Program-made: the position numbers and the translations under genes
Assembly (NCBI GenBank): GCA_963770895.1
Contig: CAVYRF010000002.1
Coordinates: forward strand, 1,024,001 to 1,088,000
DNA from: an uncultured Acidobacteriota bacterium
GTDB lineage: Bacteria > Acidobacteriota > Thermoanaerobaculia > Multivoradales > UBA5704
Direction of reading: 5' to 3'
DNA length: 64,000 nucleotides
Shown here: one piece after another, positions 19,719 through 29,665 of the stretch
Layout of the letters: every line of letters starts with the position of its first letter
Position numbering within the stretch: position 1 is the first letter of the stretch
The notes under the pieces: generated by a model
Database searches by the model: none
What the model saw: the letters and a program-made list of their open reading frames with translations, nothing else
What the model was told of the DNA's origin: nothing

Positions 19719-19847
19719 TTACGGCGGGCCGCACTTGATCGCGACGGAGCAGATGGGCGGGTTCGAATTGTTGCCGCCTTGCACGGTGCTGAGAAGACTG
19801 GTGAGGGTCTCCCTGTGGATCACGAGCTTCGCTGCATTCTTTTTCAT
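19719..19847 (-). CDS. Putative RiPP (lanthipeptide-like) precursor, 42 aa
   Basis: Hand-translated: AGGAGG SD, then MKKNAAKLVIHRETLTSLLSTVQGG-NNSNPPICSVAIKCGPP-stop. Below the ORF-track size cutoff. Confidence 0.72.
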   Translation of the reverse strand: MKKNAAKLVIHRETLTSLLSTVQGGNNSNPPICSVAIKCGPP

Positions 19848-20069
19848 GTCGCCTCCTGGCGGTTGGCGGGCGCCGGCGCAACCGCCGAACGCGCGCCCTA
19901 TCTCATGTTCTACTTATAGACTGTGCGCAATCTTCGAAAAATGAGACGCGGGGGGCACTGCAAGCCAACTCCGCCGCCCAACCGCCAGGCCGGCGCTTCG
20001 GACGGCCGCGGCGGTCCCTGCGTCGCCGGCGGACTGGTGCCGCCGGCACAATCCGCGGCTGCCGCCGTT

Positions 20070-20633
20070 TCAGGCGCGGCTGTCCCAGAGCGGGTCGGGG
20101 ATGCCTTTTTGCAGGTTTTCGAAGCGCGCCATGACGAACAGGGCGTCCGACAGGCGGTTGACGTAGGTGAGGACGCAGGGGCCGATCGCTTCCTGGCGTG
20201 CCAGGGCGACCAGGAGCCGTTCGGCGCGGCGGCACACGGTGCGGGCGACGTGCAGGTGGGCGGCTCCGGGGCTGCCGCCGGGCAGGATGAAATTGGCCAG
20301 CGGGCCCAGGCGGTCGGTGAGGTCGTCGAGCAGCGCTTCGAGCGCATCCACGTGGCGCTGCTCGATGACCGGCACCTTGATGCGCTCCTTGTCCTCTTCG
20401 CGCACGCACAGGTCGGAGCCCAGGTGCAGCAGCTCGTTCTGGATGCGGCGGACGGGACCGGCCAGCTGCGGGTCCAGGCCGTGCGCCAGGGCGACGCCGA
20501 GCGTCGAGCTGAGCTCGTCGACGGTGCCGAACGATTCGATGCGCAACGAATCCTTGGCCACCCGTTGGCCGCCGGCCAGGCCGGTCGTGCCGTCGTCGCC
20601 GGTGCGGGTATAGACGCGCGTGATGCGGGGCAT
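20070..20633 (-). CDS. PduO-type ATP:cob(I)alamin adenosyltransferase
   Basis: [50 protein letters not shown]. Confidence 0.93.
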   Translation of the reverse strand: MPRITRVYTRTGDDGTTGLAGGQRVAKDSLRIESFGTVDELSSTLGVALAHGLDPQLAGPVRRIQNELLHLGSDLCVREEDKERIKVPVIEQRHVDALEALLDDLTDRLGPLANFILPGGSPGAAHLHVARTVCRRAERLLVALARQEAIGPCVLTYVNRLSDALFVMARFENLQKGIPDPLWDSRA

Positions 20634-20650
20634 GGGCGCAGTGAGCGAGC

Positions 20651-22162
20651 TTAGCGCGGGGCGGTGGCGCCGGCTGCCGGAGAGTCGGAACCCGGCAGAG
20701 CGGCGGCGGTGGACGCGGCGCCCTGGGCCAGGTCGCCCGCCAGACGGCGCAACAGCTGCCACAGGTCGTCCAGGTGGTCCCGTGAGGTGCGCAGGTTGCC
20801 GATCGCCACGCGCAGAGTGTACCTGCCGTCGAGGACGGTGTGCGACAGAAACCAGGGGCCGGCGGCGTTGACCGCGGCCATCAGCCGCTCGTTCAGGCGG
20901 TCCTGGTCCGCGGGCGCCACGCCCTCGCCGGCGCGGGCGCGGAAACAGACGACGCTCAGGGGGACGGGAGCCGCCAGCTCGAAGGCGGGGTCGGCTTCGA
21001 TCCGGGCGGCCAGCTCGCGCGCCATGGCGCAGTGATCGCGCAGGCGCTCCCGCAGCCCATCGACGCCGAACGCGCTGATCACCATCCACAGCTTCAAGGC
21101 GCGAAAGCGGCGTCCCAGCTGAAAGCCCAGGTCCATCAGGTTGGTCGCCTGGTCGCCGTCGGTGCGCAGGTATTCGGGCACCAGCGAAAAGGCGTCGCGC
21201 AGGTTGGCCGGATCGCGGACCAGCAGGATCGAGCAGTCGACCGGCGTGAACAACCACTTGTGCGGGTTGATCACGATCGAATCGGCGCGCTCCAGGCCGG
21301 GCATCTGCGTCCGCAGCTCGGGACAGATCGCCGCCGCGCCCGCATACGAGGCGTCGGCGTGCAGCCACAGGCCGTGGGCGGCGCAAATGTCGGCGATCCG
21401 CGGCAGCGGATCGATGCTGGTGCTGGAGGTGGTGCCGATCGTCGCCACCACGGCCAAGGGGCGCCGTCCCGCCGCAAGGTCGGCGGCGATGGCCGCTGCC
21501 AGGGCATCGGGAACCATGCGGAACGCCGCGTCGCTCGCCACCCGGCGCATCTGGTCCTGTCCCAGCCCCAGGACGATGGCGGCCTTGTCCACCGACGAAT
21601 GAGCCTGGTCGCTGGCGTAGAGGGTGAGCGGCGCCACCTCGGGCCGCCCGGCCAGACCGCGGGTGCGCGCGTCCAGGCCGGGCAGGCGGTGGCGCGCCGC
21701 CGCCAGGGCGACCAGCGTGCTGGTCGAGGCGGTGTCGTTGATGTGGCCGCGGAACTCCTGCGGCAGGCCGATCATCTGGCGAAACCAGTCGCAGACCCGC
21801 TCTTCCAGCTCCGTCGCCGCCGGTGACGTGCGCCACAGCATGGCGTTGACGTTGAGCCCCGCCGCCAGCGCTTCGCCGACGATACCGGGAGCCGAGCCGG
21901 TGATGGCGAAGTAGGCGAGAAAACCGGGATGGTTCCAGTGCGTGACGTTGGGCTCGATCCACCGCTGGTAGTCGTCGATCAGGTCGTCCAGCGATCGCGG
22001 ACCATCCGGCGGCGCCACCGGCAGGTGGGCAGCCACCTCGCCGGGCTTGACCCCGGGCAGCACCGGCCGCTCGCCGACGCCTTCCAGGTAGTCGGCCACC
22101 ACGTCGGCAACGCGGTGCATCGCGGCGCGGAATTCAGGGATGGGGGTGTCCTGGCTCGACAT
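20651..22162 (-). CDS. PLP-dependent aromatic-L-amino-acid decarboxylase family
   Basis: [41 protein letters not shown] (PLP Lys). Confidence 0.9.
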   Translation of the reverse strand: MSSQDTPIPEFRAAMHRVADVVADYLEGVGERPVLPGVKPGEVAAHLPVAPPDGPRSLDDLIDDYQRWIEPNVTHWNHPGFLAYFAITGSAPGIVGEALAAGLNVNAMLWRTSPAATELEERVCDWFRQMIGLPQEFRGHINDTASTSTLVALAAARHRLPGLDARTRGLAGRPEVAPLTLYASDQAHSSVDKAAIVLGLGQDQMRRVASDAAFRMVPDALAAAIAADLAAGRRPLAVVATIGTTSSTSIDPLPRIADICAAHGLWLHADASYAGAAAICPELRTQMPGLERADSIVINPHKWLFTPVDCSILLVRDPANLRDAFSLVPEYLRTDGDQATNLMDLGFQLGRRFRALKLWMVISAFGVDGLRERLRDHCAMARELAARIEADPAFELAAPVPLSVVCFRARAGEGVAPADQDRLNERLMAAVNAAGPWFLSHTVLDGRYTLRVAIGNLRTSRDHLDDLWQLLRRLAGDLAQGAASTAAALPGSDSPAAGATAPR

Positions 22163-22259
22163 TCGGCGCCCCGGTCACAGAGTTGTTGGCGTGAGCAGCT
22201 GAGGCGGCCCGCCGGCATCTGCACCGCGCGGACCGCCCCTGGATGGATTGGACGATCGG

Positions 22260-23354
22260 CTAGCTGACGTTCTTGCGCTTCAGCTCGTCGTCGATGATCT
22301 TGGACAGCTCGTCCGAGGAGACCGCGCCCGAGATGAAACGGCCGTTGACGAACATCGCCGGCGTGCCGTTGACGCCCGCCTTGCTGCCGGCCTTCATGTC
22401 GACCTGCACCTGCGGCTGGTCCTTGCCCGAATCCAGGCAGCTGTTGAAAGCGGTGGCGTTGATGCCGGGAATCGCCGCGGCCTTGGTCTTCAGGTTGTCG
22501 ACGGCCAGGGCGGTCTGGTCCTTGAACATGGCGTCGTGCATCTCCCAGAACTTGCCCTGGTCGTTGGCGCACAGCGCGGCTTCGGCGGCCTTGGCGGCAT
22601 TCTGGTGCATGGGCAGGGGGAACTGGCGGAAGACCAGGCGCACCTTGCTGCCGTACTTGGTGACCACTTCCTGCAGCGTCGGGGTGACGCGGCCGCAGAA
22701 CGGGCACTGGAAATCGGAGAATTCAACGATGGTGACCGGGGCGTCTGCCGGGCCGCCCTTGGCGGGGAAGCCGGCGGCGGCCACCTGCACGCGCATCGGC
22801 TCCAGCATGTAGTCGACCTTGTACTTGGCCTCCAGCGTTTCGTAGAACTTGTCGCGCGCCTGCTGCTGGCCCTGCGCCTGCAGGTACTGCTTGATCTGCG
22901 GGATCAGCTGCTCCTTGGGGCGCGGCGGCATCTGCGCCTTGTTCTTCTCGTAGAAGGCTTCGGCATCCGCGTCGGACACTTCGGCGGGCTTGATATCGGC
23001 AAGCAGCTTGTCGCTCGAGACGCCGCGCGCCGCCGCTTCGGCGTCCAGCAGCCGCGCCTGCACCATCTTCTTGAGCTCCTGCTCGGTGATGTCGTGCTTG
23101 CGCTGCTGGTATTCGTGATCCAGCTGGTCGTACTGGTCGGAGGCCGCGGCGTTCAAGTCTGCCGCCGTGATCACCTTGCCGTTGACCCGCGCCAGCACCT
23201 GCGACGAGCTGTCCTGCGCGGATTTGCCGGTGCCGGCGTCGTTCTTGGCCTGCGCCGAGCAGGCGGGCAGGCAGCAGCCGACGCCGAGCGCCAGCGCCAG
23301 CACGCCCTTGACCACCTGGCGAGAGGCGGTCTTTGTACGATGGGATGCATCCAT
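22260..23354 (-). CDS. Exported DsbA-family thioredoxin with N-terminal SurA-like helical domain
   Basis: Signal peptide; VLARVNGKVIT; EFSDFQCPFC; GVNGTPAMFVNG. Confidence 0.87.
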   Translation of the reverse strand: MDASHRTKTASRQVVKGVLALALGVGCCLPACSAQAKNDAGTGKSAQDSSSQVLARVNGKVITAADLNAAASDQYDQLDHEYQQRKHDITEQELKKMVQARLLDAEAAARGVSSDKLLADIKPAEVSDADAEAFYEKNKAQMPPRPKEQLIPQIKQYLQAQGQQQARDKFYETLEAKYKVDYMLEPMRVQVAAAGFPAKGGPADAPVTIVEFSDFQCPFCGRVTPTLQEVVTKYGSKVRLVFRQFPLPMHQNAAKAAEAALCANDQGKFWEMHDAMFKDQTALAVDNLKTKAAAIPGINATAFNSCLDSGKDQPQVQVDMKAGSKAGVNGTPAMFVNGRFISGAVSSDELSKIIDDELKRKNVS

Positions 23355-23544
23355 GGTCTGTAACTCCTTTGTACTGTAAACAGGATCAACGATTTGCAAG
23401 GCAAATCCCGAGAGCGCGGCCTGGTATTTTAGCACACGGCAAGCGGCTCACCGCCAGCGAGCGACCAGCCAGCGGGATCAAACGACCCCTCGATCGGGTC
23501 TACGAACGCGGCAGCCGCGCCGTCTATGCGCCGCCTATGCGCCG

Positions 23545-24468
23545 CTAGGTGTCGCGCCCACCCTGCACGTTTGCCGGGGCCGCCACGGCGGCGGCGGGCG
23601 CCGCCAGGTGGCGCGCCACCAGGCCCTCCAGGATGCGCTCGGCGCCGATGCCGCGCATCCGCATCGACGGCCCCGACAGCAGCGCTTCCGCCAGCGCCAG
23701 CAGCGCCCCGCGCGGCGGTTGCCGCGACGACGGCGGCAGCGACCGCAGGACGGCCGCCGCGGCGACGGCCCAGGGTTGCCCGGCGCGCGGGTCGTCCCAG
23801 CCGCCGTCGCCGCCGGCGCGCTTGCCGCCCCCGCCGGGCGAGCCGGCACCGGCCAGCGCTTCGGCGGCGTGCAGCAGGTACACCGCGGCGCCGGTCGAGG
23901 CGTAGGCGCTGGCGGCGGCGGCAAACGCCCGTGCCACCGCGTCGACGCGCTCGCCGTCGGCCGCCGTCGCCGGCCCCAGAAAGACGGCCAGCGAGCGGCT
24001 GCGCAGCGTCGGCAGCAGGTCCAGGCGCGACGGCGCCAGCAGCAGGAAGTGGCGGGGAGAGGTCAGGTGCGGCTCTTCCAGGCTCTTGAGCAGGGCGTTG
24101 GCCGCCTCGCCGGTGAGGCTTTCGGCGCTGGCGATCACGAACACCTGGCCGCGCGCTTCGAAGGGTGACACCTGCGCCCCACGCATCAGCTCGCGCGTCG
24201 CATCGACCGAGGTCGACGCCTTGAGGTCGCGCTCCAGCACCTGCAGATCGGGATGAAAGGGGGCGTCCTCCGCCTCCCCGGGCCAGGCGATGCGCCGGCA
24301 GTGCCGGCAGACGCCGCAAGGCCGCGCCGGCGGCGGCGCTTCACACAGCAGGATGCGCGCCAGCTCGATCGCCGCGTGGCGCCGCGCCGCGGCTTCGCCG
24401 CCGTACAGAATGGTGGACGGATACAGCCGCCCCAACCGGGCCGCCTCGATCGCCGCCGGCAGGTTCAG
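23545..24468 (-). CDS. holB: DNA polymerase III delta' subunit-like (start uncertain: CTG 24468 or TTG 24435)
   Basis: PCGVCRHC zinc motif, HPDL, AANALLKSLEEP, LLPTLRSR; directly follows tmk. Confidence 0.82.
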   Translation of the reverse strand: MNLPAAIEAARLGRLYPSTILYGGEAAARRHAAIELARILLCEAPPPARPCGVCRHCRRIAWPGEAEDAPFHPDLQVLERDLKASTSVDATRELMRGAQVSPFEARGQVFVIASAESLTGEAANALLKSLEEPHLTSPRHFLLLAPSRLDLLPTLRSRSLAVFLGPATAADGERVDAVARAFAAAASAYASTGAAVYLLHAAEALAGAGSPGGGGKRAGGDGGWDDPRAGQPWAVAAAAVLRSLPPSSRQPPRGALLALAEALLSGPSMRMRGIGAERILEGLVARHLAAPAAAVAAPANVQGGRDT

Positions 24469-25217
24469 AACCGCGCCTCCGCCGCCGGCGGCGGCAGCAG
24501 GTCCGCCAGCGCCGCGCGCACTTGCGACGCGGTGCGCGCCGGATCGCCGCTGGCGTCGATGACGTGGAAACGCCGCGGCTCGCGCTCGGCCAGATCCAGG
24601 TAGCCGCGCCGCACCCGCTCGTAAAACGCCAGGTCCTCCGCATCCAGGCGGTCGGTCCCGGCCGCTCCGCCGCCGCCGCCGCCACTGCCGCCGGTGCCAT
24701 CCTCGCCCGCGGCGCCGGCGCCGGCGAGCCCTGCGGCGGCCGGCCGCGGATGCCGCGACGCGCGGCGGGCGCCGGCATGGCGGCGGGCGCGGGCGGTGGC
24801 CGCGGGCAGCTCGAACAGCAGGGTACGGTCAGGACGGCGGCCGCCCGTCGCCAGGAGGTCGATCTGGTCGATCAGCGGCAGCGCCAGGCCCCTGCCGCTC
24901 CCCTGGTAGGCGAGGGTCGAATCGGTGAAGCGGTCGCACAGCACCGTCTGGCCCGCGGCCAGCGCCGGCTCGATCACCTGCAGCAGGTGCTGGCGCCGGC
25001 TGGCGAACAGCATCAGCAGCTCCACCGTGCTGTCGAGGGCTCCCCAGCGCGGGTCCAGGAACAGCTCGCGCAACGCTTCGCCCAGCGGGGTGCCGCCCGG
25101 TTCGTGGGTGGTCAGGGTGGCGACGCCGTGGCCGGCCAGCCAATCCGCCGCCCGCGCCAGGTGCGTCGTCTTGCCACTCCCGTCGACCCCCTCGAACGTG
25201 ATGAACAGCGGCGGCAT
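24465..25217 (-). CDS. tmk: Thymidylate kinase
   Basis: FITFEGVDGSGKTT, HEPGGT, LCDRFTDSTLAYQG. Confidence 0.95.
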   Translation of the reverse strand: MPPLFITFEGVDGSGKTTHLARAADWLAGHGVATLTTHEPGGTPLGEALRELFLDPRWGALDSTVELLMLFASRRQHLLQVIEPALAAGQTVLCDRFTDSTLAYQGSGRGLALPLIDQIDLLATGGRRPDRTLLFELPAATARARRHAGARRASRHPRPAAAGLAGAGAAGEDGTGGSGGGGGGAAGTDRLDAEDLAFYERVRRGYLDLAEREPRRFHVIDASGDPARTASQVRAALADLLPPPAAEARF

Positions 25218-25245
25218 GGCGCGTCAACTTAACACGCGCCCGCGT

Positions 25246-26325
25246 TCAGGTCAGCAGGGCCACGCCCTTGATCACCGCGTAGATCTCCTGGCCAGGCCGC
25301 AAGTCGAGGTTGGCGAGAGACTTGCGCGTGATCTGGGCGAGCAGCGGCGTACCTCCGGCGTCCAGCTTGACGACCGGCTGCCCGGCGCCGCCGGAGACGT
25401 CTGCGGCGATCTCCGCCACCAGCGCCGCCACGATGTTGAGGACGCTGGTGCGCTGGGGGCGGTCGAGCGCCAGGGTAACGTCCGTGGCCAGCACGCGCAC
25501 GCGCAGCCGGCTGCCGGGAGCCGCGGCCAGGCGCGGCAAGCTCAGCCTGCCGCCGGCGAAATCCACGTAGGTGAGCGCGAAGGCGTCGTCGTGCGCCGCC
25601 ACGGTGGCCTCGACCACCGCTCCCAGCTCGCCATCGCTCGCCCAGGGGAGCAGGTCGAGCCGGGTCGCCACCTCGCCCGCCGGGCCGGCGGCGCGCACCC
25701 TGCCGCCGGCCAGCAGCAGCAGGTGGTCGGCAAGGCGCAGCACCTCGCCGGCGGAGTGGCTGACGTAGACGATCGGCACCGCCAGAGCGGCGTGCACGCG
25801 CTCCAGGTAAGGCAGGATCTCGCGCCGGGCGGCGACGTCGAGCGCCGCCAGCGGCTCATCCATCAGCAGCAGCCGCGGGCTGGCCAGCAGCGCGCGGGCG
25901 ATGGCGACGCGCTGGCGCTCGCCTCCCGACAGGCCGCGCGGGTCGCGCGCCAGAAGCGGCGCCAGGCCCAGCCACTCGACCGCCTCGTCGAAGGCCACGC
26001 GGCGTTGCCCGGCGGCGGTGCGGCGCCAGCCATAGTCCAGGTTGCGGCGCACCGACAGGTGGGCGAACAGGCCGGCATCCTGAAAGACGTAGCCGACGCG
26101 GCGGCGATGGGTGGGCATGAACCGCCCCCTGGCCTCGTCCTGCCACACCTCGCCGCCGACCTCCAGCAGGCCGCCGGCGGCGCGATCGAGCCCGGCGAGG
26201 CAGCGCAGCAGGGTGGTCTTGCCGGAGCCCGAGGGACCGAACACGGCGGTGACGCCGGCGTCCGGGGCGGTGAAGTCGACGTCCAGCGCGAAGCTGCCGC
26301 GCCGCAGCTGGAAGCGGGCCTTCAT
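25246..26325 (-). CDS. modC: Molybdate ABC transporter ATPase
   Basis: GPSGSGKTT, LSGGERQR, LLMDEPLAALD, C-terminal TOBE domain. Confidence 0.93.
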   Translation of the reverse strand: MKARFQLRRGSFALDVDFTAPDAGVTAVFGPSGSGKTTLLRCLAGLDRAAGGLLEVGGEVWQDEARGRFMPTHRRRVGYVFQDAGLFAHLSVRRNLDYGWRRTAAGQRRVAFDEAVEWLGLAPLLARDPRGLSGGERQRVAIARALLASPRLLLMDEPLAALDVAARREILPYLERVHAALAVPIVYVSHSAGEVLRLADHLLLLAGGRVRAAGPAGEVATRLDLLPWASDGELGAVVEATVAAHDDAFALTYVDFAGGRLSLPRLAAAPGSRLRVRVLATDVTLALDRPQRTSVLNIVAALVAEIAADVSGGAGQPVVKLDAGGTPLLAQITRKSLANLDLRPGQEIYAVIKGVALLT

Positions 26326-27014
26326 TCCGGCGGCGCCGCCGGCAGGGCGCGCCGCTGCCCGCGATTGAGGACGTAGACCACCCACAGGACGGCAAACGAG
26401 AACAGCAGGATGCCGAGCGACAGCCGGTGCGCCTGGGCGTATTCGAGCCGCTCCACGTGGTCGTAGATGGCGATCGACAGCACCCGCGTGCGGCCGGGGA
26501 TGTTGCCGCCGATCATCAGCACCACACCGAACTCCCCCAGGGTATGGGCGAAGCCCAAGGTCGCGGCGGTCAGGAAGCCGCGCCGCGCGAGCGGCACGGC
26601 GACGGTCCAGAAGCGGTCGGCGGGACCGGCGCCGAGCGTCGCCGCGGCCTCCAGCGGCAGCCTGCCGATGCTCTCGAAGGCGCCTTGCAGCGGCTGCACC
26701 ACGAACGGCAGCGAGTAGAGCACCGAGCCGATCACCAGGCCTGGAAAGCTGAACACCGGCGGATCGAGCCCCAGGGCCAGCCACATCCGGCCGCCGAAAC
26801 CGTGCGGGCCGAGCGCCAGCAGCAGGTAGAAGCCGAGCACGGTGGGCGGCAGCACCAGCGGCAGCGCCACCACCGCCTCGCAGAACGGGCGCAGCGGGTT
26901 GCGCGTGCGCGCCAACCACCACGCCAGCGGCGTACCCATCAGCAGCAGCAGCGGCGTGGCGGTCGCCGCCAGCCGCAGCGTCAGCCACAGCGCTTCGGTG
27001 TCGGTGCCGGGCAT
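26322..27014 (-). CDS. modB: Molybdate ABC transporter permease
   Basis: LPLVLPPTVLGFYLL, EAAATLGA, FAHTLGEFGVVLMIGGNIPG. Confidence 0.93.
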   Translation of the reverse strand: MPGTDTEALWLTLRLAATATPLLLLMGTPLAWWLARTRNPLRPFCEAVVALPLVLPPTVLGFYLLLALGPHGFGGRMWLALGLDPPVFSFPGLVIGSVLYSLPFVVQPLQGAFESIGRLPLEAAATLGAGPADRFWTVAVPLARRGFLTAATLGFAHTLGEFGVVLMIGGNIPGRTRVLSIAIYDHVERLEYAQAHRLSLGILLFSFAVLWVVYVLNRGQRRALPAAPPE

Positions 27015-27195
27015 TCCGCATCGCAGGCTAAGCCCGCGCTGCCGGCCCGTCAACCGGCCGGTCACGCGACCCGTCAACAGACCCGCCGACCGGAGCGCCG
27101 GGCGGCCGGGTTTGCTCCGGGCGGCGGATTTGCATAACGTGTGCGACGGCTTGTTAGCCCGTACTTTCCAATTTCACCTACGCGGAGGAGCACCT

Positions 27196-27486
27196 ATGCC
27201 AGGCAAGACCACCGAAAAGAAGCCCGCCGGCGCGAGCAAAACCAGCGCCTTCATGAAACCCGTGCAGCCGGACGCCGTGCTGGGGGCCATCGTCGGCACC
27301 GCGCCGCTGCCGCGCACCGAAGTCACCAGCAAGATCTGGGACTACATCCGCAAGCACAACCTGCAGGACCCGCAGGACAAGCGCACCATCCGCGCCGACG
27401 ACAAGCTCAAGCCGTTCTTCGGCGGCAAGGCCTCGGTGTCCATGCTGGAGCTGCCCAAGCTGGTCAAGGAGCACCTCAAGACGTAG
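27196..27486 (+). CDS. Stand-alone SWIB/MDM2 domain protein
   Basis: SD GGAGGAG; AFMKPVQPD...PRTEVTSKIWDYIRKHNLQDPQDKRTIRADDKL...HL. Confidence 0.9.
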   Translation: MPGKTTEKKPAGASKTSAFMKPVQPDAVLGAIVGTAPLPRTEVTSKIWDYIRKHNLQDPQDKRTIRADDKLKPFFGGKASVSMLELPKLVKEHLKT

Positions 27487-27694
27487 GGCTCGGCCAGCCG
27501 GTCGGACCGCCCGCGGTGCTGCCGGGCTCCGCGCAGCCGCGCTCGCGCGTCTCCCCTGGCGCCTGGGGGCCCGGCCACGGCGGCACTTCGAACGTGCCGC
27601 CGCGGCCATCCCGGCCTGCTCCCGGCCCTGGCGTGGCCGCGGCCGGGGCCGGTCGATCGGCATGCGAGCATTCGAGCATTCGAGGGCAAGGACC

Positions 27695-29665
27695 ATGCGC
27701 CACGCCGGACATCGATTCCCCAACGCCCGCGGCGCGCTGTTGCCGGCCTGCCTCGCCAGCTGCCTGCTCGCCTGGGGCGCCGCGCGCCGGCCTGCCGCGT
27801 CGGCGCCGCCGGGCGGCCCTGATGGCGCCCCCCAGCCGCCGGCGGCGCGGCGGTCCACGCCGCCGGCGCAAATCGCCGGCGCCGTCGCCTCCGGACACGC
27901 CAGCGCCAGCGCCGCCGGCTTGAGCATGTTGGCAGCCGGCGGCAACGCCGTGGACGCCGCCGTGGCAACCGCCCTGGCACAGGCCGTGGTCTATCCCGAG
28001 GCCGGCAACCTGGGCGGCGGCGGCTTTGCCGTGGTCAAGATGGGCGACGACGTGCGGGCGCTCGACTTTCGCGAAACGGCGCCGGCAGCGGCCAGCCGCG
28101 ACATGTACCTGGATGCCGCGGGGCACCCGCGCGCCGACGCCGCCAAGGTGGGGCCGCTGGCGGCCGGCGTACCCGGCAGCCCGGCCGGCCTCTACGAGCT
28201 GCACCACGCCCTCGGCAGGCTGCCCTGGGCGCAGGTGGTCGCGCCGGCCATCCGGCTGGCGCGCCAAGGCTGCCCGGTCGACGCGCACCTCCATGCCCTG
28301 CTGGCGGCGGACGCGCAGCGGCACATGCTGGCATCCTTTCCGCAGTCCGCGGAGCGCTGGCTGCCCGGCGGCCAGCCGCCGCCCCAGGGCGCCAACGTGC
28401 AGCTCCCCGAGCTTGCCGCAACCCTGGAGGATTACGCCAGGCGCGGTCCGGCGGCGATCGTCCAAGGGCGGGTTGCCGAGGCGGTGGCGGCGGCCAGCCG
28501 TCGCCACGGCGGCGTCCTTGAGGCCGGCGACCTGGCCGCCTACCGGCCGCAGTGGCGCCAGCCGGTGCGCTTCAGCGCCTTTGGCTGGCAGGTCGCCAGC
28601 ATGCCGCTGCCGTCGGCGGGCGGCATCCTGATCGGTCAGACCTGCGGCATGCTGGAGGGCCTGCACTGGGCGGACCTTCCCGCCGGCGGCGCCGACCGCC
28701 CGCACCTGCTGATCGAAGCGTTCCGCCGCGCCTTTGCCGATCGCATGCTGCTCGCCGACCCGGCGGCCAGCCGCGCCACGGTGGCGGATCTGCTCGATCC
28801 GCGGTGGATCGCCACGCGCGCCGCCGGGATCGATCCACGGCGCGCCACGGCGTCCGCGGCGCTCGCTCCGTGGCCCGCCGGCAACGCCACGGTGGGGCGC
28901 CGCGGCGGCGAAACGACCCACCTGTCGGCGATCGACGGCGACGGCAACACCGTGGCGCTCACCACCACGCTCAACGGCCTTTTCGGCTGCGGCCTGTTCG
29001 TGCCCCAGCTCGGCTTTCTCAACAACGAGATGGGCGACTTCGCCATCGCCCCGGCGGCCGCCGCCGGCGTGGCGGTGGCGGCGGCCCAGGCGTCGCCCAA
29101 TGGGGTCGCACCGGGCAAGCGTATGCTCTCCAGCATGGCGCCGACGATCGCGTGGCGGGAGCAGGAAGTGATCGCCCTGGGCGGGCGCGGCAGCATGCGC
29201 ATCCCCACCAACGTCGTGCAGGTGCTGCTCGCCGTGCTGGTCGATCACGCCGGCCTGCAGGCCGCGGTCGACCGGCCGCGCCTGCATGCACAGCCACCCC
29301 AGGACCCGGCCCAGGGAGGCCACACCCAGGCGGCTGGCAGCGCGCCGGCGGCACCGGCAGCCGACCGCGTCGAAGTCGAGCCGGGCGCGCTGTCGGCGGC
29401 GGTCCAGCAGGAGCTGACACGGCGCGGCCACCACCTGGTGCCACCAGGGATCGGCGAGCAGGCGCGCGTCAACGCCGTGCAGCGCCTGGCCGACGGCAGC
29501 TTCGCGGCGGCCGTCGACCAGCGCGGCGACACCGCCCTGGACGGCGCCCGCGTGCTGGCGCCACCGCCGGCCCCGCACGCCGGATCCGCGTCCCCCTCCG
29601 CCGCCGCCCACCCGCCCGCCGCGCCGTCTCCGGCGGCAGACACCTTTCCGAGGAATCCACGATGA
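27695..29665 (+). CDS. ggt: Gamma-glutamyltransferase
   Basis: GGNAVDAAVA, GNLGGGGF, DFRETAP, ETTHLSAID (Thr nucleophile), KRMLSSMAPT. Confidence 0.9.
   Translation: MRHAGHRFPNARGALLPACLASCLLAWGAARRPAASAPPGGPDGAPQPPAARRSTPPAQIAGAVASGHASASAAGLSMLAAGGNAVDAAVATALAQAVVYPEAGNLGGGGFAVVKMGDDVRALDFRETAPAAASRDMYLDAAGHPRADAAKVGPLAAGVPGSPAGLYELHHALGRLPWAQVVAPAIRLARQGCPVDAHLHALLAADAQRHMLASFPQSAERWLPGGQPPPQGANVQLPELAATLEDYARRGPAAIVQGRVAEAVAAASRRHGGVLEAGDLAAYRPQWRQPVRFSAFGWQVASMPLPSAGGILIGQTCGMLEGLHWADLPAGGADRPHLLIEAFRRAFADRMLLADPAASRATVADLLDPRWIATRAAGIDPRRATASAALAPWPAGNATVGRRGGETTHLSAIDGDGNTVALTTTLNGLFGCGLFVPQLGFLNNEMGDFAIAPAAAAGVAVAAAQASPNGVAPGKRMLSSMAPTIAWREQEVIALGGRGSMRIPTNVVQVLLAVLVDHAGLQAAVDRPRLHAQPPQDPAQGGHTQAAGSAPAAPAADRVEVEPGALSAAVQQELTRRGHHLVPPGIGEQARVNAVQRLADGSFAAAVDQRGDTALDGARVLAPPPAPHAGSASPSAAAHPPAAPSPAADTFPRNPR

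Noticed and set aside
17600-19950. Lower-GC patch as a mobile element or prophage remnant
   Set aside because: No integrase, transposase, att-like repeats or tRNA target visible.
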